A model generated the notes under the pieces. It ran no database searches. It had not been told where the DNA came from and saw nothing but the letters and a program-made list of their open reading frames with translations. DNA of 64,000 nucleotides from the NCBI GenBank assembly GCA_965219405.1, contig OZ244736.1, forward strand, positions 1,769,445 to 1,833,444, written 5' to 3'. This stretch comes from Dehalococcoidia bacterium. GTDB lineage: Bacteria > Chloroflexota > Dehalococcoidia > UBA6926. The position numbers and the translations under genes are program-made. This document shows positions 9,625 to 17,317 of the stretch, piece after piece. Each line of letters begins with the position of its first letter. Position 1 is the stretch's first letter.

Positions 9625-10311
9625 CTATTCGTCGACAGACACTGCGGTGATGCTGGCGGCTTCCAGCGTATCCGGGCTCGGCCCGGGAACGGCGGCTATC
9701 GTTACGCGATCCCCAACCGCCAGATCGTTCAAATCACCCGATTGTGTGACGGTGATTCGGGTTCCGGCAATCGTCGATATTCGCTGCAATCCCGTTGGCG
9801 TCATCAACGTAATCGTGTTCCCGTCAATCGATTCGATTGTCCCCGCCATGCGCATGCCAATATCCGTGTCGGCAGCGCCCGTTCCCGCCATGAACCTCGG
9901 GCGGTCCTGCGCGAAACCCGCGCCCTGGCCACTCTGGAACTGTCTAACCTGGGCGCGTATGGCGGCTAAATCAGCCTCCGTCGCCCCCTGTTCCCGCATC
10001 TGCTGAATCACTTCCGGCGGAATCTCGCCGTCGCCTGACAGGACTTCTCCGCCTCCCGGGCCAAACGTCACAGTCTCCGGAGCCGTATCCTCGTCTATCT
10101 CAACGGCCGCTGACTCCTCAGCCGTTATGGCCAGCGGGGGAACCCCTTCCACGTCCTGTGCCTGTGACTGCCCCACTTGCACGCCGATTCCGAAAGCGCC
10201 GCCGATGCTCAGTCCAACTACTAGGGCGAGCACGGCGATTCCCGTGAATACGCGCGCGCCAGGCCCGCCGGAGGGTTCCTCTTCATCCGATTCGATTGGA
10301 TGATTGTCCAT
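9625..10311 (-). CDS. membrane-anchored secreted protein with DUF5666-like beta-rich C-terminal domain (hypothetical)
   Basis: Acidic N-terminus, single TM helix (VFTGIAVLALVVGLSIGGAFGIGV), C-terminal DGNTITLMTPTGLQRISTIAGTRITVTQSGDLNDLAVGDRVTIAA; lies directly downstream of the MacB-like permease. Confidence 0.45.
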   Translation of the reverse strand: MDNHPIESDEEEPSGGPGARVFTGIAVLALVVGLSIGGAFGIGVQVGQSQAQDVEGVPPLAITAEESAAVEIDEDTAPETVTFGPGGGEVLSGDGEIPPEVIQQMREQGATEADLAAIRAQVRQFQSGQGAGFAQDRPRFMAGTGAADTDIGMRMAGTIESIDGNTITLMTPTGLQRISTIAGTRITVTQSGDLNDLAVGDRVTIAAVPGPSPDTLEAASITAVSVDE

Positions 10312-10325
10312 CGCCGTGTCGTCTC

Positions 10326-11543
10326 CTATTCGTATCGCAACGCCTCGATTGGATGCAGGGCTGCAGCCCGCATCGCAGGATATATGCCAAAAACCAGTCC
10401 TATAAGCATTGAAACGGCCAGGGCCAGGACGGTGATATCGGTGCTGACAACCGTGCGGATATCTTCTTCAGCAAGCAATGTGACGTTCATTCCTTGCGCG
10501 ACAAGCATTCCCAAAAGCACGCCGATCATACCGCCGCCCAGGCTCAGCAGCATGGCCTCCAGCACGAATTGCGAAAGGATATCCCAACGCCGGGCCCCCA
10601 CCGCTTTGCGAATCCCAATCTCCCGGGTCCTCTCCGTAACGGAGACCAGCATGATGTTCATGATGCCGATCCCGCCAACAATGAGGGAGATGCCCGCAAT
10701 CGAACCAAGGAAGAGCACGAAGGCCTGCGTGGTTTCCTGGAATGCCTCCAAGGCCTGTTGCTGATTCCTGATATCGAAGTCGTCCTCCTCCGTCACTCTA
10801 TGACGCAGGCGTAGAATCCGGCTAACTTCGCCTTCAGCCCGCTCCATGTTGTTGGCGTCGCCGACCAGCACGCTGAGGGTATCGACGCCGACAGTACCCT
10901 CAACAGTTCGATCTGCGCTGATACGGCGATAGGCAGTGGTGATGGGAATGAGGACGCGGTTGTCTTCGAAACCAAACGCCCCTCCTCCCCTGCTCTCCAG
11001 CACGCCGATGACGGTCATCTTGCGACCATTAATGGTGATGATCTGCCCAACCGGATTACGCCCCAGGAAGAGGTCTACCGCCGCCTGCGAGCCGAGGACT
11101 GCCACGTCGGACGCGGCAGAAACATGGGGAATGCTGATGAAGCTTCCGGCAGCTACCTTAAAATCTCGCACGTCCTGGTACTCCGGCGTCACGCCCGTGA
11201 TCTCGCCGGAAAGGCTGCGCGCCCCAAAGTCATCGATCGTGATCACGTCGCCAAACGAGTTGATCTCCGGCGCAACCTGGTCAACCGAGGGGGCAAGCAG
11301 CGGATCCACCAGCGCGTACGCGTCATCCAGCGTCAGCGATCCCCCTGACGGACTGATGAAGAGGATGTTGGTACCCAACTCCTGGATGAACGACGTCACG
11401 GACTCCTGCACGCCGCGCCCGATGGACATGAGCGAGATCACCGCCGCCACGCCGATCACGATGCCGAGCAGCGTGAGCAAGCTGCGGAGCTTGTTCGCCC
11501 CCACGGATTGCAAGGCGGAGAGGAGTGTACGCTGCGGACTCAC
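10326..11543 (-). CDS. ABC transporter permease, MacB/FtsX family
   Basis: 405 aa; N-terminal TM, large periplasmic MacB_PCD-like domain, C-terminal 3-TM FtsX domain; 4-nt overlap with upstream ATPase. Confidence 0.85.
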   Translation of the reverse strand: MSPQRTLLSALQSVGANKLRSLLTLLGIVIGVAAVISLMSIGRGVQESVTSFIQELGTNILFISPSGGSLTLDDAYALVDPLLAPSVDQVAPEINSFGDVITIDDFGARSLSGEITGVTPEYQDVRDFKVAAGSFISIPHVSAASDVAVLGSQAAVDLFLGRNPVGQIITINGRKMTVIGVLESRGGGAFGFEDNRVLIPITTAYRRISADRTVEGTVGVDTLSVLVGDANNMERAEGEVSRILRLRHRVTEEDDFDIRNQQQALEAFQETTQAFVLFLGSIAGISLIVGGIGIMNIMLVSVTERTREIGIRKAVGARRWDILSQFVLEAMLLSLGGGMIGVLLGMLVAQGMNVTLLAEEDIRTVVSTDITVLALAVSMLIGLVFGIYPAMRAAALHPIEALRYE

Positions 11544-12220
11544 TCCGTCCCCGCTTTCTCATCATTGACCAATTCGCCATCCCGCATCAGGATTCTCCGC
11601 TCAGCGAAACGCGCGATGTCCTCCTCATGCGTGACGATGATGACCGTAATCTCAGATGCCCGATTGAGCTCCTTGAGCAGTTCGATAATCTCCAGGCTGG
11701 AGCGGGAATCCAGGTTGCCCGTCGGCTCGTCGGCAAGCAGGATGGACGGCTCATTGACCAGCGCCCGCGCGATGGCAACCCTCTGCTGCTGTCCTCCGGA
11801 CATCTCCGTCGGACGATGACCCGTCCTGTCCGCAAGTCCGACCCGCGCCAACGTCTCTCGCGCCAAACGCGCGCTGCCGCCCTTTCGCGCATACAACAGC
11901 GGCAGTTCGACATTCGACTCCGCCGTGAGGCGCGGCAACAGGTTGTAGCTCTGAAACACAAATCCAATCTTGCGGTTCCGAATCGCCGCGAGCCGTGAAT
12001 CGGACAGCCGCCCAACACTGACGCCGTCAAGCGAATACTGGCCGGACGTGGGAACGTCAAGGCAGCCAAGAATGTTCATCAAGGTCGATTTGCCGGAGCC
12101 CGAGGCCCCCATGACGGCGACCATCTCGCCATCATTGATAGTCAGATTGACACCACGCAGGGCACCAATCTCAACTTCACCCATCCGATAGGTCTTGGTA
12201 ACGTTGACCAGTTCAATCAC
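11540..12220 (-). CDS. ABC transporter ATP-binding protein (MacB/LolD-type)
   Basis: Walker A GASGSGKST, signature LSGGQQQRVAIARAL, Walker B LLADEPTGNLD. Confidence 0.9.
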   Translation of the reverse strand: MIELVNVTKTYRMGEVEIGALRGVNLTINDGEMVAVMGASGSGKSTLMNILGCLDVPTSGQYSLDGVSVGRLSDSRLAAIRNRKIGFVFQSYNLLPRLTAESNVELPLLYARKGGSARLARETLARVGLADRTGHRPTEMSGGQQQRVAIARALVNEPSILLADEPTGNLDSRSSLEIIELLKELNRASEITVIIVTHEEDIARFAERRILMRDGELVNDEKAGTE

Positions 12221-12255
12221 ATCGCCGCTCCGGGTTGCCTGCCGCTCGAACGCCG

Positions 12256-13959
12256 CTAGTTGACCACCCGGACGGTTCGGGTTGTCTGACGCTGGAATCC
12301 CGGGCCGCCGCCGAACACGCCGAATTCATCCGCCTCGGACACGTGCATGATGACCTCTTCGCCCTCACTCACGCCGCTCTCGACAACCACCCAGAAGCCG
12401 TCGTTACCCCCCAGCGTCACCGGGCGCGACGTTGTCTCGCCGCCCGACATGACACGGAGGATTGGCGCCTGGAACGTGCCGTAAATCGATTGCACGGGAA
12501 CCAGTAAGACGTTGAATTCCTCCTCCACGGCCATGCGGGCGTTCGCGTTCATACCCTCCCGCAGGTCAACATCCGGCGGGACATCAATGCGCACTAACAC
12601 CGTGAAGACCGCGATGCCCTGTTGAAGCTGCGCCGCGGACGAAATCGACGATATTGAGCCGGTGAATACCTGCCCGGGCATTGCGTCCAAGGTGATTTCG
12701 GCCGGATCCCCGTAGCTGATTCGCAGCACGTCGGTCTCATCCACCTGCCCTGAAAGCTCCACGATGGACGTGTCAATGATCTCAACCGCAATCCGCGATT
12801 CCACGTCAAGCTCCTCGCCCGGAACCGCATTGAGGACGGCGACAATGCCATCGATTGGTGCGCGGATGGTCGCTTCCTCGCGCCGCTGCAGCGTGTCTTG
12901 CAGCGCAATTTGCGCCGTCACAAGCTCAACCTCTTTGAGTTGACGAGCGTATCCCCCGTCTCCCTCGCTCGCATCACGCACGGCGAGCAACGCCTGGTCG
13001 TGCTTCTCCCGCGCCGCGTCCAGCTTCGTTTGCGCGTCCCGTATTGCGGTGTCTCGGACTGTGACCGCACCGTCTAGCACATCGCGCACGCCCGTCAGGC
13101 TGTCCCACGCGTCATAAAACCCCTTTTGAAGGCAGTGCCCGTTGAGTGGGTGAGCGTCAGTGCTCTCGCACCTGGCGACGATCTTACCCGGGTAGAAATT
13201 GACGATGCCGTAGATGACGGTCTCAGACCATCTGGTGGCCGGATCGTCTGCCGGAGCGCCGCTGGAATAGATACCCTTCACGCTGTCGGCGCCAACAGTC
13301 TCGATGAGCAGTTCCTCCAGGTTCACCCCCCATCCCGTCAGCAGGGCGTCCGGAGGCGCCACCGTTTCAGCACCGGTCAGCGTGACACCAAGCCAAGCCG
13401 AGAAGGTATCCCGATACTTTTCTTCCTGTTCATCAACGTCATCCTGCGCTGTCTCGATTTTCTCCCGGTGTTCCTTACCGAGTTCATCAAGAATCCGCTC
13501 CGTGTCCGCGACATTATCCTCTGAAACAGCCAGATCTGCTTGTGCGTCCGGGAGTAGATTCGCAAGAGCGTCGCGCGCGTCGCGCAGCGCAATCTGCGCC
13601 TTCGCGATCTCCATGTCATGCCGCACGACGGTTGCGTCATCCAACGTGAACAGGGCCTGGCCTTCTATAACGGCTTGCCCCTCTTCAACCAGCACATCCT
13701 TGACGATGGACCCAACGCCCAGGCGTATGGATTCCCGATGGGGCAGCGTAAGCGTACCGCCCGCCTGTACCTGGTTGATCAGATCCCCACGCGTCACCGT
13801 CACAAGCTGCTCATTCTCCGTGAGGCCCCCGGCGGCTTGATCGCCCAACAACTGTGCATTGATGACATATGCGCCGCCGCCGAAACCAACGATCAATACG
13901 CCGATGATTACAATGATTTGCCACAGCCGCAGACGCTTGATCGTCGCCATCCGCCACAC
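12256..13959 (-). CDS. HlyD/MacA-family periplasmic adaptor subunit
   Basis: 567 aa; N-terminal TM anchor, lipoyl/biotinyl-like hairpin, long coiled-coil, beta-barrel; first gene of adaptor-ATPase-permease operon. Confidence 0.75.
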   Translation of the reverse strand: MWRMATIKRLRLWQIIVIIGVLIVGFGGGAYVINAQLLGDQAAGGLTENEQLVTVTRGDLINQVQAGGTLTLPHRESIRLGVGSIVKDVLVEEGQAVIEGQALFTLDDATVVRHDMEIAKAQIALRDARDALANLLPDAQADLAVSEDNVADTERILDELGKEHREKIETAQDDVDEQEEKYRDTFSAWLGVTLTGAETVAPPDALLTGWGVNLEELLIETVGADSVKGIYSSGAPADDPATRWSETVIYGIVNFYPGKIVARCESTDAHPLNGHCLQKGFYDAWDSLTGVRDVLDGAVTVRDTAIRDAQTKLDAAREKHDQALLAVRDASEGDGGYARQLKEVELVTAQIALQDTLQRREEATIRAPIDGIVAVLNAVPGEELDVESRIAVEIIDTSIVELSGQVDETDVLRISYGDPAEITLDAMPGQVFTGSISSISSAAQLQQGIAVFTVLVRIDVPPDVDLREGMNANARMAVEEEFNVLLVPVQSIYGTFQAPILRVMSGGETTSRPVTLGGNDGFWVVVESGVSEGEEVIMHVSEADEFGVFGGGPGFQRQTTRTVRVVN

Positions 13960-14040
13960 ACCTCAACTGTTTTCGAATGTCGTTCGGATCACACACAGTT
14001 AAGTCAACGCTATTACACCCCCGAGTGTTAGCAATGGGAC

Positions 14041-14070
14041 AAAAAAGGGCGGGGCGCATGCGCCCCGCCC
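14041..14070 (-). terminator. Rho-independent terminator (minus strand) downstream of the thioredoxin-like gene
   Basis: GGGCGGGGCGCATGCGCCCCGCCC perfect stem followed on the minus strand by TTTTTT. Confidence 0.55.
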
Positions 14071-14089
14071 TGCTCGGCTTACAGTAAAC

Positions 14090-14671
14090 CTAGAGCGACA
14101 GCCGCTCCGCAAGCAGGTCGCGCAGCTCCCGCACCGTTTCCACCTGCCACGCCGGATAGCGAGCCTGCATCCGCTCACGCACTGCGAGGCGGAACGCCTG
14201 CTCATCTTCGTCCCCGATCTCAGCCTTCACGTTTTCAGTAATCTTCGGCATTTCTTCGTTGGCGGATTCGGGTCGCTCGTGCCAATGCACAATCTCTTCG
14301 AGATCGTCCGTATAGAACACGGGCACGGGGATAGACATGAACTCGCCATTCTTGAGGAACTCATTCATGACGTCGAGATTCTCATCCCGCGGGAGGACGC
14401 TGACTTCCATGCCCGCTGCCTCACCAATCTTTGCGAGCACCGGCATTCCCCGAAACACATCAGGGCACCAGTCCTCCCCGATGATCAGCATCTTGGTTGC
14501 CCCCGCATCCTTTGCCCGGCGGAAAAATGCTACGTCATCATCCGAGAGTTGGGCGCTGTTGTAGTACTGCTCAAACCTGTCCTTGTTGACCTTGATTTGC
14601 TCGATATAGTCGTCATATGTGAAACCTGAACCAAATCGTTCGGGCGTTACAACTGTCGTCTTCTCAGCCAT
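14090..14671 (-). CDS. thioredoxin-fold protein (monothiol WCPDV variant)
   Basis: 193 aa; IIGEDWCPDV in place of the WCxxC active site. Confidence 0.5.
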   Translation of the reverse strand: MAEKTTVVTPERFGSGFTYDDYIEQIKVNKDRFEQYYNSAQLSDDDVAFFRRAKDAGATKMLIIGEDWCPDVFRGMPVLAKIGEAAGMEVSVLPRDENLDVMNEFLKNGEFMSIPVPVFYTDDLEEIVHWHERPESANEEMPKITENVKAEIGDEDEQAFRLAVRERMQARYPAWQVETVRELRDLLAERLSL

Positions 14672-14726
14672 TGTGTTTCCTCCGCCACCCCATATATGGA
14701 ATCTCTCACATTCTTTTTCAGCGTAT

Positions 14727-14978
14727 CTAGCCTATATTACAACTGATCATGTCCTTGTAGCCCATGGTGACCTTTCCATCCGGATAAACAACGATGGGGA
14801 CGACGTCGCCAAAGGTTCGCGCCTCGTCGAGCCAAGCCTGGTTCTCATCGACCTGACGCTCTTCAAAATCGATGCCTTGTTGCGTCCAATCCTCTTTCAT
14901 CACAACGCATGCCGGGCATGTCGTCAGTGTGTAGACAATTGGCTTTGTTCCAACTTGTGTTGCCACCAAAACCTCCAT
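14727..14978 (-). CDS. glutaredoxin-like protein
   Basis: 83 aa; IVYTLTTCPAC active-site CxxC and glutaredoxin/NrdH-like fold. Confidence 0.55.
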   Translation of the reverse strand: MEVLVATQVGTKPIVYTLTTCPACVVMKEDWTQQGIDFEERQVDENQAWLDEARTFGDVVPIVVYPDGKVTMGYKDMISCNIG

Positions 14979-15084
14979 TGAGCCCCGTGATATTCGGAGC
15001 GCTTGATCCTTTCAATGATTCTAGAATGCCTGTCCCAATGAGTCAAAGCATTCCCCCTTTTAGTCATGCAATGATAGGGACATC

Positions 15085-16362
15085 ATGATGTCCAATAGCA
15101 TTGCGCTGGAATTGGGGCAGAGGCTGGAGCCGGAGTTGCTGGAGACATGCCGCAGGCTCGGCGATATTGCGGAACAGGGCACGCTATTTATTGTCGGGGG
15201 AGCGGTGCGGGACATTCTGCTGGGACAGGATCCCAATGAAGTCGACCTCGTTGTCCAGGGTAACGCTGCGGAATTGGCGCAAAGGGCTGTAGAGTTTCGG
15301 CTTGCCCACAGAACCGCTGCCTCGCAGTTCATGACGGTCAAACTTACGATTGGCACACGCGAGATGGATATCGCGACAGCCCGCAGCGAAACATACGCGT
15401 CGCCCGGCGCGCTGCCTGATGTTGCTCCATCAGATATCGAAACGGACCTGGGGCGCCGCGATTTCGCGGCAAACGCAATCGCCGTCTCCATCGGTTCGAT
15501 GGATTTTGGACGCGTCGTCGATCCACACCGTGGGGTCAACGACGTACAGGCAGGAGTACTCCGCGCGCTGTATGCCGGATCGTTCCGGGACGACGCAACA
15601 CGAATGATTCGGGCCGCTCGCTACGCCTCCCGACTTCAGTTCAAGCTGCACGCTGAAACCGAGGCGTGGCTGAAGAGCGATGCCTCCCGTATCGGTACGG
15701 TTGGCCCGAATCGACTGCGTAATGAGTTCAACCGACTCTGGCGAGAAAAGAAGCCGGTAGAAGGACTGATTATGCTGCAGTCCTGGGGAGTTCTCGATCA
15801 TCTGCCCACGGCGTCCAATTGGGTGAGTGGGCTATACAGCTTCTCGATGTCCGATCGGGAGGCCGCAGCCAGACCCGATGACGCCGACGATGCTGACGTG
15901 CATTGGGCTCTAATAGCAACGACCGTGGGCACGGAGTACGAGACACTAATTGACATCTTCCATCTTGCAGGCAGCTCCCGTCGAGCAATTGACGATATCC
16001 GCCTCTGGAAGGAACGAGGATCAGCGTCATTTAGTGAGGCCAAAACAACTGGCCGCCCAAGTGACTTTACGGATGTTCTCGCACTGTTTGAGCCGGCCGC
16101 TCTTGAGGCCCTGTACCTCACCGGAGACGCCACGGAGGCCCGAGCAATCGCCTCATATCTCGGCACGTGGAGACACGTACAGCCTGAGCTGAATGGGAAT
16201 GATCTGCTTGAAATGGGCTTGCACCAGGGACCCCTCATCGGAAAGTTCCTTGACCAGCTGCGCAAGGCCCGACTCGACAATCTAGTCTTGAACAAGGATG
16301 ACGAGGTGCAGTTGGTCAGGCAATGGATGGGGCGCGGTTCTGCCGCCTCTGACGGATCATGA
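15085..16362 (+). CDS. cca: CCA-adding tRNA nucleotidyltransferase / poly(A) polymerase family
   Basis: 425 aa; head-domain motif GGAVRD(I)LLG...DxD; probable-RNA-binding C-terminal region. Confidence 0.7.
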   Translation: MMSNSIALELGQRLEPELLETCRRLGDIAEQGTLFIVGGAVRDILLGQDPNEVDLVVQGNAAELAQRAVEFRLAHRTAASQFMTVKLTIGTREMDIATARSETYASPGALPDVAPSDIETDLGRRDFAANAIAVSIGSMDFGRVVDPHRGVNDVQAGVLRALYAGSFRDDATRMIRAARYASRLQFKLHAETEAWLKSDASRIGTVGPNRLRNEFNRLWREKKPVEGLIMLQSWGVLDHLPTASNWVSGLYSFSMSDREAAARPDDADDADVHWALIATTVGTEYETLIDIFHLAGSSRRAIDDIRLWKERGSASFSEAKTTGRPSDFTDVLALFEPAALEALYLTGDATEARAIASYLGTWRHVQPELNGNDLLEMGLHQGPLIGKFLDQLRKARLDNLVLNKDDEVQLVRQWMGRGSAASDGS

Positions 16363-17317
16363 CGCTCCCCGGCAGAGCGCGCTCCTGCATAGCCACCTCG
16401 CGCTCCTCCTGAAACAACAGCTGCTGCGCATAGGCAGCGTAACGGCCGAAACGCTCCCGCCCCCACGCTGCAATCTTGTCCTCCGGCGTTTTATTCCCAT
16501 CCAGGTACAACCGGGTCACGGCCCGGCTCACCCATCGATCCACTGCGAACGCCTCCGTGTGATCCAGCGAAAAGGCAAGGATGCAGTCAGCGATTTTCGG
16601 CCCGATGCCCTTGAAAGTCAGCAGCGCGCTCTTGGCATCTTCGTAGGACAGCGATTGGAGTTCGTTGAGTTCAGCGTCACCCTCCGCAATACGGATGGCG
16701 GCCGAAGCGAGAAATGGCGCGCGAAAACCCAGTCCAATACGGCGGAGTTCGATCTCTCCCAAGCGTGCCACCGCCGCCGGGTCAGGAACGCGATACACCC
16801 TCTGACCCCATGCTGTACCGCTGACCCCGCACGCCTCAGCCAGGTTCTGCATATTCCTCTTAATGCGTGGCAGGTGGCATTGCGCACTGATGATGAAACT
16901 CGCCAGACACTCCCACGGTTCCTGACGCAATAGGCTCAAGCCCGGCCAGCGCCCCATGATTTCCGCGAGCACACCATCTTTGGACAATGCTTCTCTGATT
17001 CGTGACTGGTTGTCGTCAAGGCGCAGGTAGCGAGTAACCATCTCTGCAGCAGTGTCATCTGGCAGATCAGGATTGTGCGCAGAAACCTCAAGGATACCGG
17101 TGCTGCCGTCATTTGAATTTACGTGCCGAATGCGTACTGCGTGGCCGTAGACAGTTCCGATCCACCAGGCATCGGCCTCACCATCAGGGGCTGTCCAACC
17201 AAAGGCCTGCCCTTCATCCAGCGATTCCGGCAAATCGAGGGGCGAGGTCAATTCGATGCAGGCCGCCTGCACGCACACTTTGTCACTCCCCATCGGTGTT
17301 GAACCAGTCCCGCACTT
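16316..17317 (-). CDS. 8-oxoguanine DNA glycosylase/AP lyase (OGG1-like, HhH-GPD superfamily)
   Basis: OGG N-domain followed by HhH-GPD with FKGIGPKIADCILAFSLD...AFAVDRWV (catalytic Lys/Asp as in hOGG1 GVGTKVADC...VDVHM); start chosen at MKCG to limit overlap with dinG. Confidence 0.75.
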   Translation of the reverse strand, partial: KCGTGSTPMGSDKVCVQAACIELTSPLDLPESLDEGQAFGWTAPDGEADAWWIGTVYGHAVRIRHVNSNDGSTGILEVSAHNPDLPDDTAAEMVTRYLRLDDNQSRIREALSKDGVLAEIMGRWPGLSLLRQEPWECLASFIISAQCHLPRIKRNMQNLAEACGVSGTAWGQRVYRVPDPAAVARLGEIELRRIGLGFRAPFLASAAIRIAEGDAELNELQSLSYEDAKSALLTFKGIGPKIADCILAFSLDHTEAFAVDRWVSRAVTRLYLDGNKTPEDKIAAWGRERFGRYAAYAQQLLFQEEREVAMQERALPGSVMIRQRRQNRAPSIA

